A stretch of 64,000 bases of DNA from an uncultured archaeon (GTDB taxonomy: Archaea > Thermoplasmatota > Penumbrarchaeia > JASLWR01): positions 32,001 to 96,000 of the forward strand of contig CAYFHS010000002.1 in assembly GCA_964342815.1 (NCBI GenBank), in the 5' to 3' direction. The notes below the pieces were generated by a model. It was not told the DNA's origin. It saw nothing but the letters and a program-made list of their open reading frames with translations, and ran no database searches. The position numbers and the translations under genes were made by a program. This document shows positions 19,432 through 29,127 of this stretch, piece by piece. Each line of letters starts with the position of its first letter. Position 1 is the stretch's first letter.

Positions 19432-19699
19432 ACAACAACTATATCCGCCGCCTTCGGAGGTAACGATGGCGGTTTTTGTTCCTCCACTGGTCTCACCTTC
19501 AACGCATATTTCAGTGTGACCGTCTTCTAGATCGGTTTTACCTTTACAGGCTGTGCATATTCCTTGAACCCCGTTATAACCGTTTCGATCTCGGCCATGG
19601 GTATATCAGCAGCCCCCTCAGTTGCAAGCATCCCGGCTGTGAAAATGCCTGCGGCTCGCACAGGCAATGCCCGCTCCTTCTTCATTGAATCCAAGATTC

Positions 19700-19787
19700 A
19701 ATTACACCTTTGGGGGGTAATTCTTGAAGCTGCACGGGGCGAGCTTTAATGGGAGTGTCGCCAGAGCCTGAAATATTCGTTTATAGA
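19700..19787 (-). repeat. attC-like family copy D (5' part, degenerate)
   Basis: Minus strand atttcaggctct is identical to B 51668-51679; ggcgacactccc and attaccccccaaagg resemble A and B; begins just after the stop of 19796..20005. Confidence 0.45.
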
Positions 19788-19795
19788 TACAATTA

Positions 19796-20005
19796 TTACG
19801 TAAAGAAATCGAGGATATTCTCAGCGGTTTTTCCCTTTTTAGCAAGATACATATCGGTATATCCGCATTTTTCACAAGAAATGGTAATAAATTTCTTGTC
19901 TTGGATATCAAAAATCTTCTGCCAAAAACCACCAGCCGCTCGTATTTCACCAGATTTATATGATTTATTTCCGCACTTTGCACACTTGTATTTTTCTTTT
20001 GACAT
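19796..20005 (-). CDS. small zinc-ribbon protein (DUF2082-like)
   Basis: CAKC and CEKCGYT motifs with a KIFDIQDKKF core; 69 aa. Confidence 0.85.
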   Translation of the reverse strand: MSKEKYKCAKCGNKSYKSGEIRAAGGFWQKIFDIQDKKFITISCEKCGYTDMYLAKKGKTAENILDFFT

Positions 20006-20058
20006 GTTATTCGGTATGGCATAATATCGTTATAATAATTTCTCATGGAGCTACGTAT

Positions 20059-20190
20059 ATTACGCATAACACCCGATACATTTCTAAACTTTGCTAGGGG
20101 CCCGGATCAGCGATGATGCGTCCCCGGTTAAGATCTTGGTGAACATTGAGCCAGCGATGAGAAAGGCAGAGGGAAACTTGGCAGTGTGAA
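20059..20190 (-). repeat. attC-like family copy E (~130 bp)
   Basis: Minus strand starts actgccaagtttcc (A: actagccagtttcc) and ends aaagtttagaaatgtatcgggtgttatgcgtaat (C: ttcggaaatctgcaggtcgttatgcgtaat). Confidence 0.55.
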
Positions 20191-20319
20191 GGAAAGACTT
20201 CCGCGGATTGTTTTGTTTTTTGTTTGTCTTGTCCGGTATACTGAAATAAGATTTTAAATAAAAGTAATATTATTTTCATACTTATTTATAAATAATATAG
20301 GGCGATTTTATCTGCAAAT

Positions 20320-21237
20320 ATGGTTCCGGAAAAAATGACTGGCATTACTTATTGGGTAAAGGAAATATTCGGGGGACGCCGATTCTACAAATTGGGGTTT
20401 ATTTTTCTTGTTGCAGTTACCGTCGCTATGATGTGTTCTATATTTGTTACAAGTGATATGGAAAAAAATAGTGATAAATTTGAGATTATCAAATCAATCC
20501 AGCCTACGGACGAGCCTGTGATAATAGATACCCGCGCCGATGAGGGCTGCCCGGCCGGCGGTGCCGTGAATGGTAACCAGGAATACTCATGCGGGAGTGC
20601 TTGCCATAATGTGCAGAGCGTTTCGAATGTGGTTTTAAGTTCATCCTACCAGACCCTTTCACCCGGGGACACCATTACTGTTTCAGTAAGAGTTACCGGT
20701 GCAGAGACCGATAGTACCCCTTTAGGCGTGTTCCTGGTAACAAGCCTGTCATCCGAGATGAGCCAGCCCAGGGATGAAGGATGGGAAATATTATCGGACC
20801 CCGGCGGTTCGACGAGTTATAATTATTATCTGAAAGATGCCGTTTATGGCGGTGGGGCATGGACGTGGACCCTCAAGGCCCCTGAGAATCCGGGGACGTA
20901 TTATCTCTATGCAAGGGAACACCATGGAAACGGGCAGAAATACTGGCAGGAAAACACGAATGGGCTGAAATTCGATGTTATCGAAAGGGAAAGTTCCGGA
21001 TCAGGTTTATTGATTCTGTTATATGTGTTCATGGGTCTCATCATGAGTGTCTTCGCTATTTTGATCGTTTATGCAATCCGGAAACACGACTCATCAAAAA
21101 AGGCCGGGCAAAGGGATTCCCAGGATCTTTACGAAGACGGCGAAACGATGATCGAATGCCCCAAATGCGGCTGTTCGCTAAAGGCAAAGAATCGTAATCG
21201 ACATGAGAGAAGATGCACAATTCGCAGACGGTACTGA
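20320..21237 (+). CDS. membrane-anchored protein with CxxxCH motif, Reeler/Ig-like domain, TM and C-terminal CCHC finger
   Basis: N-terminal TM; CGSACH; beta-rich domain with WTWTLKAPxxPG; second TM; CPKC..HERRC. Confidence 0.75.
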   Translation: MVPEKMTGITYWVKEIFGGRRFYKLGFIFLVAVTVAMMCSIFVTSDMEKNSDKFEIIKSIQPTDEPVIIDTRADEGCPAGGAVNGNQEYSCGSACHNVQSVSNVVLSSSYQTLSPGDTITVSVRVTGAETDSTPLGVFLVTSLSSEMSQPRDEGWEILSDPGGSTSYNYYLKDAVYGGGAWTWTLKAPENPGTYYLYAREHHGNGQKYWQENTNGLKFDVIERESSGSGLLILLYVFMGLIMSVFAILIVYAIRKHDSSKKAGQRDSQDLYEDGETMIECPKCGCSLKAKNRNRHERRCTIRRRY

Positions 21238-21373
21238 TAATAAAAAAGTCAATATACAATTACTAATCAACATAATGGATATAAAAAAGGTGGGAGTCGG
21301 GCTCTATGCAAAATGGATTCTTCACAATTTATATTCCGCAAAATATTTAAAAGAATAAATACTGCGAGTAATT

Positions 21374-22351
21374 ATGAAAGCAATCGTATGCTCGAAATAC
21401 GGGCCTCCGGATGTTCTTCAACTGAAAGAGGTAGAAAAACCCTTTCCAAAGGATAACGAAGTGCTGATAAAGATATATGCCACAACAGTAAATCGAACAG
21501 ACTGCGCAACACTTAGAGCAAAACCGTTCTTCGCAAGATTTTTCACTGGATTGTTCAAACCAAAGAATTCTATTCTCGGAACCGAATTTGCAGGTAAGAT
21601 AGAAGCAATTGGAAAGAATGTATCATCTTTTAAGCCCGGCGATAAGGTTTTCGGGTTTAGTGAGAACGGATATGGGTGTCATGCCCAGTATATGAGAATA
21701 TCGGAAGATAAAGCGCTGGCAAAAATTCCAAAGGATTTAACATATAAGCAGGCGGCTGCCAGTTCAGAGGGGGCGTGGTATGCGTATAATTTCATCAATA
21801 AAGTTAAGATTAAGCCCGGGCAAAAGGTTCTGGTCAATGGCGCAACGGGAGGAATAGGCTCAGCTGCAGTCCAGTTGTCAAAATATTTCGGAGCCGAGAT
21901 CACCGGAGTATGCCAGGGGAAGGATTTTGAATTGGTCAAATCTCTGGGAACGAAGTATTTAATTGATTATTTAAAAGAGGATTTTACAAAGTCTGATAAA
22001 AAATACAATTACATTTTTGACACTGTGGGTAAGAGTTCATTTGGCAAATGCAAATTATTATTGGAACCCGATGGCGTATATATTTCATCGGAACTGGGCT
22101 CCGGGAGTCAAAATATTTTCCTGGCGCTTTTAACTCCAATATTAAGAGGTAAAAAAGTTAAATTTCCGCTTCCCAAGGATTGTAAAGGGACTATACTTCT
22201 TATCAAAAAGCTAATTGAGAAGGGAAAATTCAAAGCAGTGATCGATAGAGAATATCCTTTTGAGCAGATAGTAAAGGCGTTCAAGTATGTAGAAAGCGGA
22301 CAGAAAGTAGGAAATGTCGTAATAACCGTGGAACATAATGACAAAACCTGA
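21374..22351 (+). CDS. zinc-independent MDR NAD(P)-dependent oxidoreductase (quinone reductase-like), copy 1
   Basis: YGPPDVL, GTEFAG (no GHE zinc motif), NGATGGIG, VIDREYP, GNVVI. Confidence 0.9.
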   Translation: MKAIVCSKYGPPDVLQLKEVEKPFPKDNEVLIKIYATTVNRTDCATLRAKPFFARFFTGLFKPKNSILGTEFAGKIEAIGKNVSSFKPGDKVFGFSENGYGCHAQYMRISEDKALAKIPKDLTYKQAAASSEGAWYAYNFINKVKIKPGQKVLVNGATGGIGSAAVQLSKYFGAEITGVCQGKDFELVKSLGTKYLIDYLKEDFTKSDKKYNYIFDTVGKSSFGKCKLLLEPDGVYISSELGSGSQNIFLALLTPILRGKKVKFPLPKDCKGTILLIKKLIEKGKFKAVIDREYPFEQIVKAFKYVESGQKVGNVVITVEHNDKT

Positions 22352-22365
22352 AAGGACGCAGTACA

Positions 22366-23319
22366 ATGAAAGCAATGGTATTCAAAAAATACGGATCGCC
22401 CGATGTCCTCAGTATCGAAAAGGTGGCCAAACCAAAACCCAAGGACGATGAAGTGCTGATAAAGATACATGCAGCGGCAATAAACGATTGGGACTGGCAT
22501 ATCTTTAGAGGAAGCATGTTCGTTAACCGTATGATGTTCGGTCTTATAAAGCCCAGAAAACAAACAATAATCGGATGCGACATATCAGGTGTTGTCGAAG
22601 ACGTTGGGAAGAATATTAAAAACTTTAAGAAGGACGACGAGGTGTTCGGGGATCTATCTGACAGTGGTTTTGGCGGTTTTGCAGAATATGTTTCCGCTCC
22701 AGAGAATGCCCTGGCAATGAAATCGCGGGAGATGAGCTTCGAGGAAGCGGCGGCCACGCCCCAGGCCGGTCTTCTCGCCCTCCAGGGATTTCAAAAAGGA
22801 CAAATAGAGAAAGGGCAGAAGGTGTTGATAAACGGGGCGGGAGGGGGCGTGGGCACCTTCTTCGTGCAGATCGCCAGGGATTCCGGAGCGGAGCTGACGG
22901 GAGTGGACAAAAAGAACAAATTGAAGATGATTAAGTCCATGGGATACCACCAAGTCATCGACTACCGGAAGACGGATTTCACAAGGACCGGAGAGCGGTA
23001 TGACCTCATCATCGACAATATGTCCACCCGTTCGTTCCTCGCCTACAAGCGAGCGCTTCGACCCGGTGGAAGATGTTTACTGGTCGGTGGAAACCTGGCT
23101 TTGATCCTATCTTCTTCAGTACTTGGAAGGTTTGGAAACAGGAAGGTCGGCCTTCTGATGTATCGAACGAACGAAGGGCTGGATGAGATGACAAAACTAT
23201 TCGAGGCCGGCAGATTGAAGCCCGTTATCGACAGCACCTACCCGCTGAGTGAGGCCCCTGAAGCTTTTAGGCATTATGGAAAAGGGGAATTCAAGGGTAA
23301 AGTCGTGATAACAGTGTAA
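22366..23319 (+). CDS. zinc-independent MDR oxidoreductase, copy 2
   Basis: YGSPDVL, GCDISG, NGAGGGVG, PVIDSTYP, GKVVI. Confidence 0.9.
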   Translation: MKAMVFKKYGSPDVLSIEKVAKPKPKDDEVLIKIHAAAINDWDWHIFRGSMFVNRMMFGLIKPRKQTIIGCDISGVVEDVGKNIKNFKKDDEVFGDLSDSGFGGFAEYVSAPENALAMKSREMSFEEAAATPQAGLLALQGFQKGQIEKGQKVLINGAGGGVGTFFVQIARDSGAELTGVDKKNKLKMIKSMGYHQVIDYRKTDFTRTGERYDLIIDNMSTRSFLAYKRALRPGGRCLLVGGNLALILSSSVLGRFGNRKVGLLMYRTNEGLDEMTKLFEAGRLKPVIDSTYPLSEAPEAFRHYGKGEFKGKVVITV

Positions 23320-23346
23320 CATAATAACGAAATATATGGGATACTT

Positions 23347-24273
23347 ATGAAAGCAATTGTATATCAAAAATATGGTCCCCCCGATGTTCTTCAGCTCAAA
23401 GAGGTAGAAAAACCTATTCCCAAGGACAATGAAATGCTTATTAAAGTATATGCGACAACGGTAACATCCGGTACTCTGTGGGCTCGAAAGGGCAGCCACC
23501 CGGATTCCAAATTATTCACTATCGCGGCGCGATTATATTTTGGTCTCAGAAAACCAAGAAAAACGATACTTGGCTATGAGCTATCCGGAGTAGTTGAAGC
23601 TGTGGGTAAAGATGTAAAACTGTTTAATAAGGGAGATCAGGTCTTTGGAACTGCAACCGGGTTGTGGGCTGGTGCTTATGCAGAGTACGTATGTCTGCCT
23701 GAAGAATGGAAGCAGGGTGTGGTAGCCAAGAAACCTGCGAATGTGAGTTTTGAGGAAGCCGCCGCCGTTCCTATCGGGGGTATGACTGCGCTGCATATTC
23801 TTAAAAAAGCAAATATCCAAAGCGGACAAAAAATCCTCATCTACGGGGCTTCGGGAAGCGTGGGCACTTATGCGGTACAGATTGCCAAGTATTTTGGGGC
23901 GGAAGTGACCGGGGTATGCAGTACTTCGAATTTAGAATTAGTTAAATCCATAGGGGCCGATAAAGTAATTGATTACACCCGGGAGGATTTCACCCAGGGT
24001 CATGAGGTCTATGACGTTGTTTTTGATGCGGTTGGTAAAATCTCCCGCGCGCATGTTAAAAGCTGCCTGAAGAAAAGGGGGACGTATCTGTCTGTTAAAT
24101 CACCAACAAGTGAAACGACTGAAAATCTGGCGTACCTCGGAGAGCTTATTGAAGCGGGAAAGATTAAACCAATCATAGACAGAAGCTATCCGCTGGAAAA
24201 GACTGTCGAGGCTCACGCCTATGTTGAAAAGGGGCACAAAAAGGGGAATGTCGTAATAAATGTGGTAGTATGA
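23347..24273 (+). CDS. zinc-independent MDR oxidoreductase, copy 3
   Basis: [34 protein letters not shown]. Confidence 0.9.
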   Translation: MKAIVYQKYGPPDVLQLKEVEKPIPKDNEMLIKVYATTVTSGTLWARKGSHPDSKLFTIAARLYFGLRKPRKTILGYELSGVVEAVGKDVKLFNKGDQVFGTATGLWAGAYAEYVCLPEEWKQGVVAKKPANVSFEEAAAVPIGGMTALHILKKANIQSGQKILIYGASGSVGTYAVQIAKYFGAEVTGVCSTSNLELVKSIGADKVIDYTREDFTQGHEVYDVVFDAVGKISRAHVKSCLKKRGTYLSVKSPTSETTENLAYLGELIEAGKIKPIIDRSYPLEKTVEAHAYVEKGHKKGNVVINVVV

Positions 24274-24301
24274 TTAAAAATGTAAATGCGAGCAGGAGGG
24301 A

Positions 24302-24784
24302 GTGCTGGCAATGAAATCATTATTGGTCTTGTTTTCATATCACCACAAAAATACAGAGAAGATCGCCAAGGTCTTCGCAAAAGTTTTGGATGCAAAAATA
24401 AAAACCCCACACCAAATAAAACCTCAAGAGTTAACAAAATATGATCTAATAGGTTTTGGCTCGGGGATATATGGGGCAAAACACCATAAATCATTACTTG
24501 AGCTTGCGGATAAACTACCGCAGGTTACAAACAATATGGCATTCATATTCTCGACCAGTGCCATAATGGGAAAATCCAAGGTCGCCGAAGATCACTGGCC
24601 GCTGCGGGAAAAACTGGAATCTCGTGGTTACACGATCGCCGGTGAATTTAGCTGCAAGGGTTTCAACACAAATAGTTTTCTGAAATTTTTTGGGGGAATG
24701 AACAGGGGCAGACCCAATACTGAAGACCTTAATAATGCTAAAGAGTTTGCTCAGAACATGAAGCAGGACGCGTGCGGCTCATAG
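24302..24784 (+). CDS. flavodoxin family protein
   Basis: SYHHKNTEKIA FMN-loop, YDLIGFGSGIY, AFIFSTS, GEFSCKG, GRPNTEDL. Confidence 0.85.
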   Translation: MLAMKSLLVLFSYHHKNTEKIAKVFAKVLDAKIKTPHQIKPQELTKYDLIGFGSGIYGAKHHKSLLELADKLPQVTNNMAFIFSTSAIMGKSKVAEDHWPLREKLESRGYTIAGEFSCKGFNTNSFLKFFGGMNRGRPNTEDLNNAKEFAQNMKQDACGS

Positions 24785-24798
24785 CTATGTAAAAAATA

Positions 24799-24909
24799 GC
24801 ACAATGGGAATGTAGTGATAAATGTTAGCTATAATAATAATAAGACCGGATCGGATAGTTCAAGATAAGAGCACTAGTTCTTAAAGAATATGGGTTCCTT
24901 GATAATTGA
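24799..24909 (+). pseudogene. remnant junction of two further MDR genes (C-terminus, then N-terminus)
   Basis: HNGNVVINVSYNNNKT at 24800-24847, followed by IRALVLKEYGFLDN* at 24865-24909. Confidence 0.6.
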
Positions 24910-25150
24910 TGTCATGACACGTCACTCTTCTTTAGAATATAGACTGTCAATATCTCTGCTAGTAACCGCCCCTCTGCTCATCTTACTCTATAGCTCACAG
25001 GCCTTTCGGATATCGAAGAGGTATTATTGTAAAAAAAAAAGGTGAAAATTACTCAGTAAACCACACACTTCGTTGGATTGTCAAAACTAACTATAATTAA
25101 ATCGACAATCTATTTATATCTAGGATTAATAATATTATCTTGGTGTAGAC

Positions 25151-28021
25151 TTGGATACGGGAAGGATTAGATTTCGGTGTATAATCGTTATAATTATAGT
25201 TCTCTTCCAATTTTTACCAATGAATATTATTATTCTTGAATACGAATCATCAGTTCATTCATTAAATGAATCATACATTAACGACATTTCTACGCGGGAT
25301 TCGGGAATTACCTACAATGAATGGGGTATGTGGCGGGGGGATTCGAACCATACGGGGAATGCAAGCTGTACGGGACCAAGTTCATGGAACCAACTTTGGA
25401 GGGGGGGCAAAAAATCGAACATGTACAGTTCCCCTGCCGTTAAGTATGGAAAGGTCTACATTGGAAGGGGCGCCTGGGTCTACTGTTATGAAATAGCCAC
25501 CGGATCAATTGTCTGGTCAATTAATCTGAGTTATAATATTGATTCCTCACCCCTGCTTTTTGAGGGAAGGGTTTATATCGGCGGCGGCAGTGAACTATTC
25601 TGCCTGGATGCCAATGGAACGGGAGGGAGCACGACAATATACTGGACCGCCAAAATTGGCGGTATTGTCCGCAGCTCGCCAACTACGGATGGAGACGATG
25701 ATATCTTTATTGCGTCCGGTAATGGTCTTCTCTGGGCGATATACACAAATGGTACTGAACATTGGAATTCCTCCATTTACGGGGGGGCTGACTGTTCACC
25801 TGCATATTGGAACGGCAGGGTATATTGTGGCTCCGGTGGATATCTGGGAGGAGGTGAATACGTTTACTGCTTCAATGCGGATACAGGAGCCCGAATTTGG
25901 TCTTATAAACTTGCTTCGGCCCCCTGCAGTTCTCCCGCTTTGGCCTACGGCAATGTCTATATTGCAGGCATAGGTGAAAACGGTCATATCTATTGCCTGG
26001 ATGCAATGGGTTCCGGGGGAACCACCACCCTGTTATGGAAACACGATATCGGTGGATCATATGGTTCACCCGCAGTGGGCTACGAAAGAGTCTATATCGG
26101 CAGCGAGAACGGAGGGAACTTTTACTGCTTTGACGCGTTTGGGAACGGTTCCGGTGAGGGAAAACTGCATTGGACCAAGGATCTCGATGATTGGATCCAC
26201 AGCTCACCCATAATCACTCCAAAATATATTTACGTCGGTGCCGCCGATGGGCGGTTCTACTGCTTGAACAGGACCGATTCCTCTACGGTATGGTCAAAGA
26301 AACTGAGTACAAACAATGGTTATTGGGGTATAAGTTCTTCTCCGGCCCTTGCAGGGAACCTGATCTTTATGACCACTGATGGTGATGGGCTTTATTGCAT
26401 CGGCGACAAGAAAGACATTGAACCACCTTCGGTTCTCAGCACCTTTCCCGTTTCAAACGCCATGGAAGTGAGTACGGATATTGAGATCGAGATAGTTTTT
26501 GATAAACCGGTTGATCCTTCCACAATTACAGAAACCTCGATAATTTTAAAAGATTCAGAGGCCCAGACCGTTTTATGCTCTGTTCGGTCGAACATAGCAG
26601 GGGACACCACCTACCTCAAACCGATCAATCCGTTAAACAAGGATGAGTTATACACCGTAACTGTCACTACCGATATCGTTGATCTCGTTGGATTTCATCT
26701 GGATGGGGACGGAGATGGAAATGATGAAGGGGCCGGTATTGATGAATACACATTCTCGTTTACCACCGTTCCCCTATATCCGCCGCATATTGATCCGATC
26801 CCCACACAGCGACCCCCTGAGGATATTCTTTTTGTGGTAAACCTCTCCTCATACATCTCAGACAAGGACACAGCCAATGAAAAGCTGATCCTTGAGGTGA
26901 ATTCTTCTTACATTACCGTGGATGGTCTGGACCTTCAAATGTTGTATCCTACGGGAATCTCTGCCGAGGTGGTCAATCTATCAGTAAGCGATGGCGAATT
27001 CCCAAAACCAACCTACAGGGATTTTCTGGTAGAGGTCATCAGCGACAACTATCCACCATTACTATCTTCCGTTCCTCAACAAAACCTGACTGAAGATATT
27101 CACTTCGAACTTGATATGACCCCATATATTAAGGACCTGGATACTCCTTTTTCCAATATCACACTGAGGGATAACTCATCATATTCGGAAATTGATGGGC
27201 TTGTTATCAATTTCATGTATCCAAACGGGGTGAGCTTCGATATGGTAAACGTGTCGGTATACGATGGAAAGAGCACGGATTATTTGACCATCAATGTGAG
27301 CATTGCTCCTGTCAATGATGCCCCGATCATCACGGAAATACCAACCCAGGAAGTGGTCAAGGATGTGCCGACCAACTTATCGCTTGAAGACCATATCTCC
27401 GACATCGACAATCATCTCCTTGATCTGGTCATAACCGTTGATTCACCATATATTGAAGTTCAGGGACACATCCTCAAAATGACATATCCTGATGGTGTCG
27501 CCGAGGACGTGGTGAATGTCACGGTATCGGATGGGCAGCTCTCCGATAACACCACTCTGTTCGTACAGGTATATCTGGCAAATGCCCCTCCCTCGCTCTC
27601 CAAACCTCAGGTAAATCCTGAAGAGGGTGATACCGGTACTGATTTCGTGTTCAGTGTGGTTTTCACGGATGCGGATATGGGTGAAAGGGCTCCAGAGGTC
27701 CAACTTGTCATTGGTGAGGAAAAATTCTCATGTGTCAAGGTTTCGGGGGATTACCGTACGGGTGCAACATTCAAGTTCAACTTAACACTCCCCAAAGGCG
27801 AGCATACGTTCCATTTCACAGCGGATGATCATCGCGGCGGCAGGGCTTACACGGATGATCTGAACATCACCGTGTCCTCTGAGAAAGGTGCTAATGACAA
27901 AGTAGGATCGAGTAAGGGATTCATTGTAGGTACATTATTGGTGGCTGCCTTTCTCCTTCTTATAATCACAGCTGTTTTAATATTAATGCTGTTTAAGGGA
28001 AAGAAGAAAGAGCCGCAGTGA
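25151..28021 (+). CDS. PQQ/BamB-like beta-propeller with Ig-like (SbsA/Big_5) and cadherin-like repeats, TM anchored
   Basis: WGMWRGDSNHTG start; repeated SSPxxxxGxVYIG..YCxDAxxG..xW; PPSVLSTFP..FDKPVD Ig unit; C-terminal TM plus KKK. Confidence 0.9.
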   Translation: MDTGRIRFRCIIVIIIVLFQFLPMNIIILEYESSVHSLNESYINDISTRDSGITYNEWGMWRGDSNHTGNASCTGPSSWNQLWRGGKKSNMYSSPAVKYGKVYIGRGAWVYCYEIATGSIVWSINLSYNIDSSPLLFEGRVYIGGGSELFCLDANGTGGSTTIYWTAKIGGIVRSSPTTDGDDDIFIASGNGLLWAIYTNGTEHWNSSIYGGADCSPAYWNGRVYCGSGGYLGGGEYVYCFNADTGARIWSYKLASAPCSSPALAYGNVYIAGIGENGHIYCLDAMGSGGTTTLLWKHDIGGSYGSPAVGYERVYIGSENGGNFYCFDAFGNGSGEGKLHWTKDLDDWIHSSPIITPKYIYVGAADGRFYCLNRTDSSTVWSKKLSTNNGYWGISSSPALAGNLIFMTTDGDGLYCIGDKKDIEPPSVLSTFPVSNAMEVSTDIEIEIVFDKPVDPSTITETSIILKDSEAQTVLCSVRSNIAGDTTYLKPINPLNKDELYTVTVTTDIVDLVGFHLDGDGDGNDEGAGIDEYTFSFTTVPLYPPHIDPIPTQRPPEDILFVVNLSSYISDKDTANEKLILEVNSSYITVDGLDLQMLYPTGISAEVVNLSVSDGEFPKPTYRDFLVEVISDNYPPLLSSVPQQNLTEDIHFELDMTPYIKDLDTPFSNITLRDNSSYSEIDGLVINFMYPNGVSFDMVNVSVYDGKSTDYLTINVSIAPVNDAPIITEIPTQEVVKDVPTNLSLEDHISDIDNHLLDLVITVDSPYIEVQGHILKMTYPDGVAEDVVNVTVSDGQLSDNTTLFVQVYLANAPPSLSKPQVNPEEGDTGTDFVFSVVFTDADMGERAPEVQLVIGEEKFSCVKVSGDYRTGATFKFNLTLPKGEHTFHFTADDHRGGRAYTDDLNITVSSEKGANDKVGSSKGFIVGTLLVAAFLLLIITAVLILMLFKGKKKEPQ

Positions 28022-28077
28022 TATAATACATGGTCCCGAAGGTTGATATTACAGAACCGAAGCTCGTTTAGCCAATC

Positions 28078-28103
28078 TTCGAAAATCTGCTTCTATGCGT
28101 AAT
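28078..28103 (+). repeat. attC-like family 3' half-site H
   Basis: ttcgaaaatctgcttctatgcgtaat versus C ttcggaaatctgcaggtcgttatgcgtaat; upstream of 28189. Confidence 0.4.
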
Positions 28104-28188
28104 CGCTGTATCACAAAACAAGGTGACTTCTCGAAAATAATAAATAAGTTATGAGAAGTATTCTTGCCGCTAATACAGGAGTGATAAA

Positions 28189-28437
28189 ATGGCTAGCGAA
28201 AAAATAATAAAACAATTGAAAACAGGCGCCGTACTGATAATACTCATCGGAGGTCTGCTGGCTTTGGCAGGAGGGCTCATGGTGGGTTTCGGCGGTGAGA
28301 GTGAGAGTATGTCGGGATTGATCGGAGGTATCGCCATTGCTGCTGCCGGTGGATTGACCAGCGGTACTGGAGGCATAATTCTGTCTATTTCCATAGATAT
28401 GAAAAAAGAAATGGAAAATAAAAATTCCGAAAAATAA
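28189..28437 (+). CDS. small Gly-rich membrane protein (2 TM)
   Basis: RBS ggagtga; two Gly/Ala-rich hydrophobic helices. Confidence 0.6.
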   Translation: MASEKIIKQLKTGAVLIILIGGLLALAGGLMVGFGGESESMSGLIGGIAIAAAGGLTSGTGGIILSISIDMKKEMENKNSEK

Positions 28438-28525
28438 CAAAACTGGCACCTATATTATCCAGTATATACGCCATGAGATAGAATATGCTCCCAACGAAAT
28501 TAGAGCATCAGGATGGGAAAGGACA

Positions 28526-28936
28526 ATGAATAAAGACTCCTTCATCATAACACAGCTCATCCTAACCTTATCAGGTATCCTGGCCACGCTCTGGCTGGTT
28601 GGAAATGATATGGTCCAGGGTGATTACTGCCCAAAACTTTTCGGCATTCCCGCCTGCTATCTCGTTCTCGCCGCTTTTTTGCTGGTCCTTCTTTCTCTGT
28701 TCATCAGACATAGATTGATTAATCGGATTGTTTACGGTCTTGGCGCGGGATCAGGGTTGGTTATCGCGATTTGGTTCTCGGGAAATCAGATTTTGGGTCT
28801 CGACGAATGTCCCAAATGGTTCGGCCTACCACTCTGTTACCTGTCACTCCTGACCTTTGCAGCTCTAATATGGTTGAAGTTGCACATTTCCGTAAAGAAG
28901 AGGGACGGCTCTATTTTAGGTAGTTTCGCTGAATAA
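28526..28936 (+). CDS. 4-TM membrane protein with duplicated CPxxFGxPxCY motif
   Basis: CPKLFGIPACY and CPKWFGLPLCY each sit between two TM helices. Confidence 0.75.
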   Translation: MNKDSFIITQLILTLSGILATLWLVGNDMVQGDYCPKLFGIPACYLVLAAFLLVLLSLFIRHRLINRIVYGLGAGSGLVIAIWFSGNQILGLDECPKWFGLPLCYLSLLTFAALIWLKLHISVKKRDGSILGSFAE

Positions 28937-29127
28937 TATGCGTCATGGATTTCCCAGTTGCATCTTCCCGAATGATAACGTAATAACTCCTTTCGGGCCC
29001 ACATCCGCACAGCTGCCGCTCACCACTCCTTCGGACGCACCCATGATTATGGGATATGTCGACAGGAAAAAGTAATAAGACCAAAAAATGGAAAATCCTT
29101 TAATATCTACAAGGGGTTGTTAGCTCG

